A stretch of 62,039 nucleotides of DNA, the filler included, from Nemertoderma westbladi (taxonomy: Eukaryota; Animalia; Xenacoelomorpha): NCBI GenBank assembly GCA_032718475.1. It is 3 parts of 3 records of this genome, joined end to end, with 100 filler letters (N's around TTAATTAATTAA, not from the genome) between each part and the next. Parts side by side here need not be neighbours in the genome. Positions count along the whole stretch, not along the records: positions 1 to 26,595 come from JAUCBJ010004652.1; 2 more parts are not named here. One strand, 5' to 3'. Position 1 is the first letter of the stretch. Each line of letters opens with the position of its first letter. Under the pieces are notes generated by a model. The model worked only from the letters and a program-made list of their open reading frames with translations. It did no database searches and was not told where the DNA came from. The translations under genes and the position numbers were made by a program. Of the stretch, positions 1 through 13,050 are shown piece by piece.

Positions 1-1084
1 TAATTAAATATACTGATTTGTCTCAATTTAACACTGAGGGTCAGCTGGAGGTGTGTCATCAATGCACATTAACTACATCCTACTATGAGTGTGGTAAAAG
101 ACTTTACCCACATACTTGGTGAATACAATGACAATGCAATGAAAAATCCAGACTTTGGAAACTTAATAAAGATTTATAGGCTGTACGTGTACATATAGAA
201 GATTGTAAACCTATATATAGGGTTTCATCACTCCCTTGCATCTCGATTTCCAATTCATAGAATATTTAATGCAAATCCTGATCTAGCAAAGTCGTTTAGG
301 AATGATTGGCCTTATTCTTTGATTCTTAGACTCTACTACATTGGGAGTCAATGGGTGGTGTTATAGTGTCTTCAGCTGGCTTAACAATCTTAGTTTGTAA
401 GCAACATAAGAGTACTAACAAATAATTATTCCACCTTCTAATAATCCAATATCTAAGGATGACCCTTTAATACAAGCCGATATCCTCTCCATGGCAGCTA
501 TGTCACCATTTATTATTTGTGGCCCTAGAATGCGTAAGTATCAAAACAGTTCCAAAACAATAGATGCTGCAACTCATGGGTTATCCTCATGTCATGTCGA
601 CCTAGATCCTATATGTTATAGACAGACTAGACTCTTCCAGATCCAAAGTGGCTATTTCACTATGCTAATCAACTCACACTAGAACATCGATCTGGAGAAC
701 ATTGTTTTGGAATTTGTCAGTCATGGGTGGTGGCATCTGGACTATGATTACATTTCAAAACTCCTAACTATTATGATCTTCCCGAAAACGAGTTGTTGAG
801 AGAATGTTTACCTTAGAGAATGTATATGAAAATAACAGATTTTTATAAAATTCATGATCGGGTTTTGAACAAGGGGGATCTGAAAACAATGATGAAGAAC
901 TTCTTTCAAGAATATCTGACAATGATCAAGACAATGATGAAGAACTTCTTTCAAGAATATCTGCCAGGAAGAAATGCCTCATGCAACCATTTACCCCTGT
1001 GGGACGAAGTCATGGCCAATTCATCGAGAATCTGATAGTCCTGATGGCCTTCGTTTACAATTCTCTGTCATGCATTGTCGTATC

Positions 1085-1280
1085 CTGTATAACATCCTTA
1101 ATGCAGTAGTAATGCACACATCAGACTCCAACCAGACTCTATATAACATTAGAGGTTTCTCTTTCATTCCCTCAATCTTGACACTTGAACATAGCAGCAT
1201 CTGTGCTGCAAGACATTCATTGCTTTAACCATGACGACCAGCCTGTGCATAATATTGGGCTTTGGAAGCCCTGTGATAAG
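1085..1280 (+). mobile_element. Degenerate fragment of LINE family A (RT C-terminal region)
   Basis: Recognisably similar to 17470-17635 (ccaaccagac.ctatataacatt.gaggt, caatcttgacact.gaaca, gaccagcc.gtgcataat), with indels. Confidence 0.6.
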
Positions 1281-1612
1281 CAAATAGTAAAAAAGTAAAA
1301 TAAGCAAAAGCCGTTATTCATGATCCATGTCCATAGAATTTGAATATATTGTGCAATATGTGCATGTCTTTGGTTTAATTTAATTTGCTGTATTCTCAAT
1401 TGTGGAAGCACCATTATTATGATCGCTTTTGAGATCGTGGAACATATCTATTGAGTTCCAGTTGAGACAGTGATTCTATTAGCGACTAAAAGGTGACTAT
1501 CGACTTTACTATTACAACTATTACTATAGTGACTAAAAGGAAAAAATATATACAAAATTTTGATGCAATTTTGACCCTTGAGTTTTAATTTACAATTTAA
1601 CACTATGAAAAA

Positions 1613-1719
1613 CAAAAGCAAACAGTCGGCCGAAGCCGGAGGCGACCCAAAGGCTCCTCTTTCGATAGCTGCTACCCGAGGGTAGGGGTGGTCGCTACTC
1701 CTATCCCAAGATTTATCGC
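1613..1719. mobile_element. Short GC-rich retroposed insert (SINE or truncated LINE end) with 14-bp TSD
   Basis: Flanked by the direct repeat aacactatgaaaaa at 1599-1612 and 1720-1733; GC-rich insert in AT-rich context. Confidence 0.5.
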
Positions 1720-2129
1720 AACACTATGAAAAAAAAAGTTAAAGGGGTTATTAAGGGGACCATTACCCCAAATCTATTATTGTTATTTGTAAAGGTACTA
1801 TTCTGAAATTTTAATACAATGATCTTTCTTATTTTACTATGAAAACTGAGTGGATAGCTTCACAAACCATTTTGTTAGTAAAATATGGCACTTTTTGTGA
1901 AGGTCAGTTTTTTTTTTAATTTTATATTCATCTTCAGGCTTTTTTTATATATATAAAAAAATCTCATGTAGAAGGATCAGTAATACTGGGTTGCAGTTCG
2001 CGGTACAAGAGTTTGGCACAATTGACCTAGCTAGATATGTAGGCAATGTTTTAGGGAATTTTTAGCATAAATTATTGTTTTAAAAAATTATGGGTGCTTT
2101 AGTATATTACTGTATTTTTGAGACTAAAT

Positions 2130-2930
2130 TTTGAGATAGACAAATACTTTTTTTAACATGGAACATCCGACATGGACTGGAGTAATTTTGCCTCCACATT
2201 GATGAAGTATAACTTATAACTGACTGGGGAAGGTTGATTTGCAAAAAAATTATTTAGATATACTTATATAATAATATCTCAGCATAACTATCAGTGAGAT
2301 TATCAAGTGGAGACTGCCGGTGTGGCATTGGTATTCAAACATTCAATAAGCCAACGTGTTGTTAGATATACAAGCTATTTAGGTGATGGGAGATAATTCT
2401 AGTTTGAAAAATGTATATCAGTAAATATCAGTAACTCAGTTGTCATCAAGAAACTAGAGTGCATAGGCCATGTTCAGAAAAGAATGGGAGGCTGTCTTTG
2501 AGCTCTCAAGATAGTAGTAGTTGCAAAGGGAAAAAGTTCCCTGATAAAAAAACTTCAGATGGAATAGGACCACTTAATATATTTAATATTAAATATACAC
2601 TTGCATTGAATAATATTCAATGCCATTGAATAGTCAATGCAATTGTATTATGGGAGGGCAATTCGAAGAAACTCTGAATCAGTTACTAATATGCCTGAGG
2701 CAATATAGGATATTTACTAACATTCAATTTCAACAGATTTATATCATAGGTACTCCTTATGCCCAGAGTCAAGAATCATGGTGTGGGTTCAACAGAGGAC
2801 TCATCACTGGTGTTACTTTACACATAATTCACCCCTTCCAAAAACTATGGCTGAATGCATAATGCCAATCTTCCGATACTTATCATATCGTGATTTATTG
2901 AATCAATGTTCACATGGGAACAGGGTATTT
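2130..2930 (+). pseudogene. Decayed Kolobok/Mutator-like DDE transposase remnant
   Basis: Translation across stops and frameshifts gives LGDG(D) and KKLECIGHVQKRMG, motifs typical of this transposase group. Boundaries approximate. Confidence 0.6.
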
Positions 2931-3118
2931 GTTGGAAAGATGTTGTTAGATCGAGTTGTTGTATATTATCTGAAATTTTATGGAGATTTCAAGTATGCAA
3001 TCGGTTTTGTCATACCTTTATTAGCTTTCGAATAATTTCACACAAACCAGTGGGTACCCCAAAAGTGGGTTCACCATGAAAGTTTCAATAATTCAGAATC
3101 TTTAACTCACCAGCCTCT

Positions 3119-3450
3119 TCATCTGGTTGTACTATACAATGGGCACACCTTCGACAAACGATCACCCTTATCCAAACTTTCATTGTTAGCAAGGTGTAAC
3201 TGTTGTTTAATTTCAACAAAACGATTCCAACTGATTGACTTCCTAAAACGGCGCATCTCATCAGCAGTAATGGAAAAACTATGGTTATTGTGTTGACCCA
3301 CATAACAAATAGTTTCTTCCTCAAGATATTGTAACATAGTGTTATCAAAAAATCTAGAAAATAACTGGTAAGCACTACAAGCTCACTGTGAGTTTCCAAG
3401 AGATGAGCAACAGGTTTTCACTCAATCTTCTTCTCAAGTTTATCTGAATC
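3119..3450 (-). pseudogene. piggyBac (PGBD-like) transposase fragment, internally deleted
   Basis: EETICYVGQHNNHSFSITADEMRRF...SWNRFVEIKQQLHLANNESLDKGDRLSKVCPL matches the piggyBac pattern ETNxYA...MSRNRFxxIxxxLHxxDN...DKxxKVRPL. Confidence 0.65.
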
Positions 3451-6400
3451 CAAAATCCAAGTTGGTTTCACTTGGATTTCTCCAACTGCACTGGTACCTT
3501 TGCTAGCTTCGTTGAACTCCTTGTACAATGGAATCGAACTCCTTGTCTTCAGTAGCGGAATCCATTGAAATCTCGACGAGTTATATTGTTTGATATAAAA
3601 AATACTAAACAATAGAGTTGGACTTTTTGCTATTCTAGAGTAGAACATAAACTGCTCAACAAATATATATTTAGTGATACAGTAGGTACCATTAGCTAAA
3701 CTAAGTTATTGTAGGATTGGTGTCATACGGGTCTGGTCTGGATGGTGATTGTCACTCAGTAAGTAGGTCGGTGGTCGTTTATTATATCATAACCTATAAA
3801 AAAAATTAAGGGAAACAAACGCCCGTGATTGGTAGTTTACAATGTGGGAATTTTGAATATCACTAGTTTGGGAAGGTTGTTTAAGTCTTTCACTTACATC
3901 AGAAAGTGTTTTTGTTTATTTTACTTTGTAATACACAAGTTTTATTCAATTTTAATACCAGTACACTATATTTGCTGTAATTATTGCTCTATCTTAAACG
4001 ACAATGGAACAAACACAGAAATATTAATTGTATTTGTACCGTCCAGTAGTCATTTTAGTATAGAGGATCAGGTTAGAGATACGGGTTGGTATAGTCGTCA
4101 TTAGGTGGCGACAAAGTTCAATTTATATAGAACTGAACCTGAAACTGGGTTGAATGAACCAAAACATTAAACACAAGTTAAATATATGCTTGTTAAAAGA
4201 TTATGCATGTTAGTAAAAGGTTAAAATGATTTAAATGCTGATCTTAGATGACTTTACTCTAGTGGTGGTGACCCATGATTTTATTAAATTTGCTGGTTCG
4301 AAATTGTACGGGTAGCTAGCTAGCTACATCTAAATTATTGTAGCTACATTTTAAAATAGTGACTACATTATTCGCAATGTTATATTCTGGATTTTTGGAA
4401 TGCATTTTATATTAATTTTAGTAATTGTATTATAATTACTGTGGCTACATTTAATTACAGTAACTACATTTGAACAAAAGAGAGCGGTTGGCCCTACATT
4501 ATTTGCAATTAGATATTCTGGAGTGCTTAGAATTCAAATTAATTGTTTTGGCACCTACATATATTGTTAACATTGTTCAAGCATTATTTTTTAAATAGCT
4601 ATTGATATAATATCAGCCCTCCCAGCCAAAAAAAATTGATGAAAAAAAGTAAAAAAGAAATTTATATTTTCAAAAAAAAGAAAAAAAGGATAGGATGCAG
4701 TTCAAAAAAAGGAAAAACAGGATCGGATATGGTTAAAAAAAAGGGAAAAAATTTAAAAAAAATGAATAGTTCTAGTAAACATATATTTAACATATATTTT
4801 AAACATATATATATTTCTTTAACCTTATATAGGCCTATTAAGAAACGTTACTGTATTAAATGACAGGGAGAGATCAAGTAAGTTAAAAGTAGATACACAG
4901 AAAGAGAACAATGGCAATGGCAATATAATTGTTATAAATCAACAGATCAATGAAATAAGAACAGTTTAAAAACAATTACGAAAGTTTCAACTTTTTTACC
5001 TATGATGGATCTCTTACCCATAGACTTATGTGCCAGGGCTGGCCTGGCTTCACCATCATCATCTACAAGGGTCCTGGTATTTTGCACTGTTACTCGATGA
5101 ATTAGGCCGCTTTTTTGTGGTTCTACCTGGAGTCAAATCCTTCGATCCCTGTCCCACTTTACTGAAAGCTACCAATACTGGTATTTCTGAATCGTTTTCC
5201 ACCATAGGAACATAGTCCACTCCAATTCTAGTGGCCTGGTACATCTAATGGTACACTCCAGACATTACTAATCTCTTGGGGGAGCTCATCCTCATTTGTG
5301 ATATCACTGGAGTTATCTGGGGAATAATTACCAGATTATCCACCACCATTGGATCAACAGATAAAATCATTTCTAAAGCCTCATCCCTACTATAAAAAGT
5401 GTGAGTTTTCTGTGACATTGCCATACAGTGCATAGAGCACAACAGAAGCAGAATGAATATACTGGTATATTTCCACATATGCATTGATTATTATAATCTT
5501 AAACCAAATGAACATCTACAATAACCCTATGTCAAAAACCTAAGTCATAATTAGCAAAATGTTTAGAATTTTTGAAATTATTCTATTGCAATTCGGACAT
5601 ATTGTACCAAAACACTTCTGCCTTTTTCTAACAGCCATACTCAGCCAGTGTACTGGCAGACTGGTACATACAGACAAAGCTTTACTCCAGCTGGGAAGCC
5701 TTATGCCATAGCTGCATGGTGCCGGCGCCGGGCATCAGCATTGGTCTGTTGGCTGGTTGGTGGAGAAAATAAAACTTTAGAAAGAGCAGTACAGCAGTAC
5801 CTGTAGACATACTCCCTAGACATAGTTGAATCTATAGGCCTACTGCTATCAATCTATATAGGCAGGGCCTATACTGCTATAGGCCTATGTACTGAATGCT
5901 GGTATGTGACAACTGCCAGTCTGCATACTGACATTGCAGTACTGGTTCCGGCTCTCTGGTGACTATGTACATACATTTTAGCATTTACACAGCAGCTCAC
6001 ACTGTACAGTCATGACACTGTCAACACTGTACAGTCATGAAACTGCTAGTACAGCCATATTGATACCTAATGTAAATCATAAATATCATTACATTGTCTC
6101 CAAATTCAGTAAATAAGACAGACAGCATAAATTGGCTGCCCAATGTTCGAAAAACGAACAAACAATATTTATGCATGAATTAATTGTACTATTTATTAGT
6201 TTTGATAAAATATTCTGAATACATTACAAAGGGAGATATATAATGGTATAAACAAATACTCGACCTTTTCTTGGCATTCTAATATAATATTAGATGTGAA
6301 ACTGTTATGATAGATGAGTTGCTAAATTTTGCTGTTTTTCAACCATTTTTTTATGTAAGCAAAGTAATTAATTGTATTCCAATTCTTGAGAAAAATACAT

Positions 6401-8058
6401 TTTCCACCTTTGAACATCATGAACAAATTGGTATTGCACAGACACAATATGTTTACAGCCTCTGCCTTTTAGTTTACAAACCATGTTCGAAAAACGACAC
6501 TGGTACCTGCTGGGTTGTTAACATCATTTAAGATAAGAAAACATCATTTAAGATAAGAAATTCAAAGTACAGTAACAATGTCAATATGACTTCCCCCGGA
6601 TCAATAATGATCATTATGCATGCATAATTATCCAATCCAGGTCAAAAGAAGCCCATTATCTCACTACATGTAACTCTACCTGTGGCGGTTAACTTCAAAG
6701 TGTTGTGTTACTCTACTTTCAGCTGCCAATCATTTCATACAAGACCACAGAACCAACAAGGCTGATGGCATTTGCATAGCACCTCATATTTCAGTGCTGT
6801 AGCATGCTTATAATTAATTGTGTAAATCCAACAAGTATCCCCACTGCCTTTACTACTACTACTAGGTCGAGTGAACTCGGACAGTAGAAATGAGATCCTT
6901 CCAGGCTTCCCGATTCTCCATAGTTGTCGCAATTTCGTTTCTCCCAAGTTCAGTATCCCTTTCAAGTTGATCTATATATGTTATGGCTGGTCGTCCACAA
7001 CTATGCTTTCCATGAGTTGGTTGCCAGAAAAGTAGATCTGGTATGACCTCGTCTTTAGTTCGTCAGCAGTGTCCACTGAATCTTAATCTGCGTTCACGGA
7101 GGGTGGTTGATACAGAGTATGGCATACATTTGGTGTTTTTATTCATTAATATTTTCACCTCAAAAAAGCAATTTTTTACACATAATAAATGATTTTTTAC
7201 GTGTAAAAAAATATTTTTTTACGTGTAAATAAATGATTTTTTACGCGTAATAAATGATTTTTTTACGCGTAATAAATGATTTTTTTACGCGTAATAAATG
7301 ATTTTTTTACGCGTAATAAATGATTTTTTACGTATAAAAAAATATTTTTTTACATATAAAAAAATATTTTTTTACGTGTAAATAAATGATTTTTTTACGT
7401 GTAATAAATGATTTTTTTACGCGTAATAAATGATTTTTTTACGCGTAATAAATGATTTTTTTACGCGTAATAAATGATTTTTTTTACGCGTAATAAAATA
7501 TTTTTTTTTATGTGTAATAAATGATTTTTTTACGCGTAATAAATGATTTTTTTACGCGTAATAAATGATTTTTTTACATGTAATAAATGATTTTTTTACG
7601 CGTAATAAAATATTTTTTACTTGGTATTCTATTGGTTATTTTGCCATTATTCTAGAATATAATTCTTCTCGAGGGACATTTAAATATTAATGTTTATTTT
7701 GTTTAAACCCCAAAATGCATATAATAACGACACTCACACTTAAGACAACTGCAATACTGCAGTGCTGGCTAGGTAGAGTACCGATGTGGTCCGGTTGTTA
7801 TAAGAACTGATCCCCGTGAGTGAACGAATGAACGTCTTATTTTTGTCTGTCTTAATGGTAGTTGGTATTGCTTGGTTTGTTCAGATCAACCTTAATAAAA
7901 CTGTACCCTAATAGGATTACTGAACTTAAGGTAGGAGGCCTACTGAAAGTAACAGAAACCGGTAGTTAGACTCAAAATACACTATACTGGAATTAATAAT
8001 AATAGAAATACTACTGCAAACTGCAATAACCTGGTAGGCCTACTCATAATCTACAGTC

Positions 8059-8637
8059 TTGATGAAATGGAAAGAGAAAGAGGTGAATCAACCCAAACCT
8101 TCATTTGTGAATGTGGTTTTGTCCTTAAGCCGCAGGATAGATATTGTTCTTCTTGTGGACAAACAACCACCAACCACCAACCTGAGAGATTCTGTGACAG
8201 TGGAAGCGGAACCATCAATCAATAGGCGAGGGTTGTTGCGTGAGCTTCAGAATGCATTTGCTCCTTATTCTCCAGCGGCAAATAGACCCTTTCAAACCTT
8301 GTCAGGTATGAGTGGCCGATCTATTGGCATAGCGTGTACTAGTATTCCTACAGTTCGTAGTCAGAATCGGAATGTCATTAGGAGTCTTAGATCGCCGAGG
8401 GGTCGGCCTCAAATTATAAGCTACAGTAAGCCATTGATCGTAATTCGAGAGTTCAATCCTGGAGAACTACGGACTCTAAGAAAAGACTCCACAATAAAAC
8501 ATTCTGTGCTGTCTTTCGAAAAACACGACAGTGATGCAGTCATCAAATCAAAGGTCGTCGCTTGTTTAGAGGCGTATCCAGCATGTAATGCAAATTTCAA
8601 ATTTGTTAAGGTCGTTAGCTCCCCATTGAGCAGATGA
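8059..8637 (+). CDS. Truncated second (accessory) ORF of the TIR element, unknown function
   Basis: 192-aa ORF convergent with the transposase ORF; both end at the same ~8610-8640 deletion junction. Confidence 0.35.
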   Translation: MMKWKEKEVNQPKPSFVNVVLSLSRRIDIVLLVDKQPPTTNLRDSVTVEAEPSINRRGLLRELQNAFAPYSPAANRPFQTLSGMSGRSIGIACTSIPTVRSQNRNVIRSLRSPRGRPQIISYSKPLIVIREFNPGELRTLRKDSTIKHSVLSFEKHDSDAVIKSKVVACLEAYPACNANFKFVKVVSSPLSR

Positions 8638-9309
8638 CCTTATTGGATCGAGGGATCTGAGGTAGTTATGTACACGAGTTAAGCTAACAATGACGTTTCT
8701 GGAACGTAAGAATGAGTTAATCATTCGGCAACCAGCAGACGGGTATTCCGAGTGTAACTGCACTATTAATTGATTAAGATTATCATCAGAAATGTCTGTC
8801 ATTGGACCTTGCAACTCAAATTGTCGAACCCGAATCATTACAGTAGACTTGCTTACTCCAAGCAGTTTGGCTATCTGTTTCCAAGTGAACCCGGAATTTC
8901 GTAAAAACACGAGAGTTGATTTTTCAATGTTAAACAGGGGTCGTCCAGGCCCAGATGACGTGTTTTCAGATCTAAAATGGTGGACTGAAGCGGTTAGAGC
9001 TGGAACACTTGCCAGCAAAGTACAGCATGGAGTGACCTCAACTGTAGTTGCGGAAACTGAGCAGCGAAGTTGTTGTAGATAATCAAGACACTGCGTTCCA
9101 GCCTCATTACTTACATAGTTTATATCATTGATTAATGATAAGCACCCAGAGAGGTTCTCCAGTCGCATTAATAACATTTCCTTATAATCGGAATCAAGTG
9201 GTCTCGAAGTGGTCGGACTAGGAATATTTGTATTCTGCAACCTGTTCAAAATAAATTCCTCGCTTTTTTGTATAATAGTCTCGATTTTGGTAAGAAAAAT
9301 ATCAGCCAT
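8566..9309 (-). CDS. N-terminal HTH part of an IS3EU-type transposase (catalytic core missing)
   Basis: GRPLFNI...GFTWKQIAKLLGVSKSTV...ISDDNLNQLI...PSAGCRMINSFLRSRNVIVS..RV...LRSLDP is the characteristic pre-integrase region; it truncates after LDP. Confidence 0.65.
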   Translation of the reverse strand: MADIFLTKIETIIQKSEEFILNRLQNTNIPSPTTSRPLDSDYKEMLLMRLENLSGCLSLINDINYVSNEAGTQCLDYLQQLRCSVSATTVEVTPCCTLLASVPALTASVHHFRSENTSSGPGRPLFNIEKSTLVFLRNSGFTWKQIAKLLGVSKSTVMIRVRQFELQGPMTDISDDNLNQLIVQLHSEYPSAGCRMINSFLRSRNVIVSLTRVHNYLRSLDPIRSSAQWGANDLNKFEICITCWIRL

Positions 9310-10269
9310 ATTCAGACTTTTCTTGGTCGGCTGATGCAGTTAATCTAAATTCGGGGACAGTTTTTCAAACATGATAACCGTTTCAATTTTAAATCTCCCA
9401 CGGGAAATAATTACTTTCTAGAATAATGGAGATATAACCAATAGAATACTAAGTTAAAAAGAATTTATTACGCGTGAAAAAATAATTTATTACGCGTAAA
9501 AAATCATTTATTACGTGTAAAAAAATCATTTATTACGCGTAAAAAAATCATTTATTACGCGTAAAAAATCATTTATTACGCGTAAAAAAATCATTTATTA
9601 CGCGTAAAAAAATCATTTATTACGCGTAAAAAAATCATTTATTACGCGTAAAAAAAATCATTTATTACACATAAAAAAATCGTTTATTTACACGTAAAAA
9701 AATATTTTTTTACACGTAAAAAATTTATAATTTAAAAAATTTATTATGTGTAAAAAATTGCTTTTTTGATGTGAAAATATTAACGAATAAAAACACCAAA
9801 TGTATGCCATAGTATTGTACCATAAAGCTCGGCGTTTGTCATGTGTTGTCTCCAGCTGATGTTTAGGGCTGCCCTTAGTAGTCTTGTGTAGCAACCATCA
9901 ATTCATTGTTCAAGTGATTTAGTCAGTGTCCAGGTCTCACCCCCATATAAAAATACACTTTCCACTGTGGCTCGAAAGAACTTAGTCTTCAGGTGCCTGG
10001 GGAGATCTGATTTCCAGATAGTATCCATTTTTGATAGAGCTGCCCAAGCCTTTGCTTTCCTAACTTCTATGTCCTTTTTGCTACTCTCTATCCATGATCC
10101 TAGGTACTGGAAGTCGTCAACCTTCCTTTGTTGATTATTATCAATGGTTGTCAAGTTTCCATCAACATTAAAAGTTATGAATTCGGTCTTGGAAGCATTT
10201 ATATGTAATCCAACCTCCTTAGCAGCCCTCTCCACTTTATTCAGTAGAAGCTGTGCATCTTCTAGCTTA

Positions 10270-10765
10270 TGTATTCGAATCGATATACTTTTAGCATTTA
10301 GGACCTAATTATTGTTAACCCTCTTTTTTCTTTATCAGTAAAAGCCGTACCGGTAACAAGATTCATTGTTGCATTCTAAATATAGCAATCAGCCCTATGT
10401 GTAGAAGTTGTTTGTTTCCGTACCGGTAAAGTACCTATCTATATATATGGTGCCCTAACTTCACCATTTGTTACTGTATGCATAACCGGGCATAAACCGG
10501 AGGTTCCCTAATCTGAATGTCGACGTATTGCTGAATTGACTAAAGCTATAAAGCCAAGATGTTAACGGCGATTCCGTTAACTGTTTATCTGTTTATTGAG
10601 ATTATTATTATATTATTATGTATTAACAACCTAATTTCTCTTCAACGAAATCTCCGTGGAATGCAACAATGAATCTTGTTACCGGTACGGCTTTTACTGA
10701 TAAAGAACAAAGAGGGTTAACAATAATTAGGTCCTAAATGCTAAAAGTATATCGATTCGAATACA
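10270..10765. mobile_element. MITE with ~105-bp TIRs, TGT...ACA termini and 5-bp TSD (GCTTA)
   Basis: tgtattcgaatcgatatac... / ...gtatatcgattcgaataca; gctta at 10265-10269 and 10766-10770. Removing it restores the LINE B frame ALLSNKLEDAQLLL. Confidence 0.9.
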
Positions 10766-12419
10766 GCTTATTAGAGAGCAGGGCAATGCTATCCGCGAAG
10801 TTGGTGTCTGTGACTGTAGTTGCCGGAATCTACTACTTCTGCGTTCTTGAAGTGTGAATCCCAGATCTTCACCCTTTGTGACCGTCCTCATTGCGTAATC
10901 CAGTACAATTACAAATAGTAATGGTGCTAATGTGTCACCTTGCAGTACGCCAGCCAGGATTGAGAAAAACTCAGTTTCACCATCTAGAGAGAGTACCTGT
11001 GCTTCTGTGTCACAATATAACAATCCAATGCCCGCAACAATTACTTCTGGTATTCCATAAGCTCTTACGATTTCAAGCATTTTACCTCGCATGGATAGAG
11101 TCGAATGCCTTCTTGAAGTCCACACAAGTCATGACTGTGGCGAGATTCTTTGACTTAATTCCTTTAAATCAGTCTCCATAGTGCAAGTATCTGAGCTCTT
11201 GTTGATCTATTTGGTCGAAATCCGTTTTGGCTCTTACGCAGTAGTTTCTCTATGTGAGGCCTAATCCTGTAGAATCATTTTATTGTATATTTTGGCAGCT
11301 ACCATAAGCAGACAGATCCCACGATAGTTTGTTGGTATACCGAAGTCTCCTTTCTTGGGGAGAGGCTTTAGTTGACCTTTAGTCCAAATTGGTAGTGGCT
11401 TTTCCCCTTTTAACATCCAGCTGCAAACATCCTTAATGGTCTGTTTAGCACTCCTGTTTTCCATACCTCCACTGGGATTTCATCTAATCCACTCGCTTTA
11501 TTATTGGACATGCTTTTAATGCTTCTTTGGAGTTCAGCGGGTGTGAAGTCCCCTGTTTCTATAGGTAGTGTCTTGTCATATATTTTCCTTGTAGGGCAGA
11601 CCTCGATGGCTGCCCAAGCAAGTTGCTGAAGTGATTTTTCAACTTCCCCACACATTCTTCAGGACTATTGGCTTTGAGGCACCCCTTTGCACAACTTTTC
11701 CAACCAGACCTCATTTACAGTTTGTCAGGTAAGTCTTGATTGTTGCTGTATGTGAGCAGTTGTAATTGCTTCATTTTTATCCTGTATGTACTTTTCCTGG
11801 CTGATGTTGTAGACCAATTTAAGATCGTCCTTAGCTTTCTCAACCTTGTTAATGTTTTCGGTTGTTGGTTGTTCGGTTTTTACTTTATAGGCTATCTTAA
11901 GATCTTCTTCTCTCTTACAAGTAACCTCAGAGTTTTGCCATGGCACATACTGTTTTCGTTTGGGTTTCTGGGGGATATGCCTCTTAGCTGATTCCTTGTG
12001 GGCTTTTATTATATTCTGGTATATTGAATTGGTGGACTGGTGGGCTTCAAAGCGGATTTGAACTTCTACTGTGTAAGCATCCTTTACTGCATTGTCAGTT
12101 CTGAGTTTCTCCCAGTCATAGTTAATTTGCTTGCTTGTCCTGGGTTTGCTGGTCTTAAACTGAGTCTGATCTCTGCAGTCACAATTCTGTGGCCCGAACC
12201 AATTAGGTTGAACGAGCTGTATGCCTCACAGTTGATCATGCTGTTTCTCCACTTTTTGTTTATAAGGATGTAATCCAGTTGTGCTTTGGTTCTATTAGGG
12301 TATTGAAAGGTCCATAGCTACCCTTACTCTTTTCGAATGTGTTGTTTGTTGGTATCAATTCACATTCTTCCATTAGGTCTAAAAGTAAGTACCCATTGCT
12401 GCTTCTAGTGTCATTCTTT

Positions 12420-13050
12420 TTATTAACTCCAGAAAGACCAAAATTTTGACAGTTAACTTTGAAAGTCCTCAGCAAGTCTCTGATCGGATGAGCATAAGCT
12501 CAAAAGATGGTATGCTTGAGCATGTGGATGACTTCTGTTACCTGGGTCATGGATCCAGAAGTCAGGTGAGGACCTTCGAATACGTAAGGGAAAGGCATGG
12601 GCAGCCTTGAATAGGCTTTCCAGGATTTGGAAGTCACCGAGAATTAATCGGAAACTTAAGGTCCGATTATTTAGAGCAGCAGTAGTTCCAGTACTCCTCT
12701 ATGGGAGTCCATGCTGGGCTCTAACTGCTGAGGACACCAAATCTCTGGATGGCACATTCACAAGAATGCTATGCCGGGTTCATTGTGTCAAGTACAATGC
12801 AGACATCTCCAACCAGACACTATATAACATTGGAGGTGTCTCATTGGTTCCCCCAAGTTTGACACTAGAACAAAATCGCTTCCGCTTTGCAGGACATTGC
12901 TTTCGCCATGAGGACCAGCCAGTGCATAATCTTGTACTTTGGCAGCCTCATAGAGTGAATAAGCATGGTGGACAGCCCATGACCTTCTTGAGACGCATCT
13001 TAAAGGACACTGGCCTTGAAGATGCGTATGATCTAGCAAATGTCATGGGT
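12420..13050 (+). mobile_element. Internal fragment of RTE-like LINE family A inserted in LINE B
   Basis: Near-identical to 17100-17733; lacks both ends. Confidence 0.85.

Larger units (their letters stand above)
7118..9811. mobile_element. IS3EU-like DNA transposon, internally deleted, with ~500-bp terminal inverted repeats
   Basis: TIRs begin tatggcatacatttggtgttttt / aaaaacaccaaatgtatgccata (TAT...ATA termini) and contain subterminal tandem ~21-bp acgcgtaataaatgattttttt units. Two convergent truncated ORFs inside. Interrupts LINE B. Confidence 0.75.

Noticed and set aside
4960-6530. Possible piggyBac-like non-autonomous element
   Set aside because: Only short ORFs and a repeated atgttcgaaaaacga motif; I could not define TIRs or a TSD.
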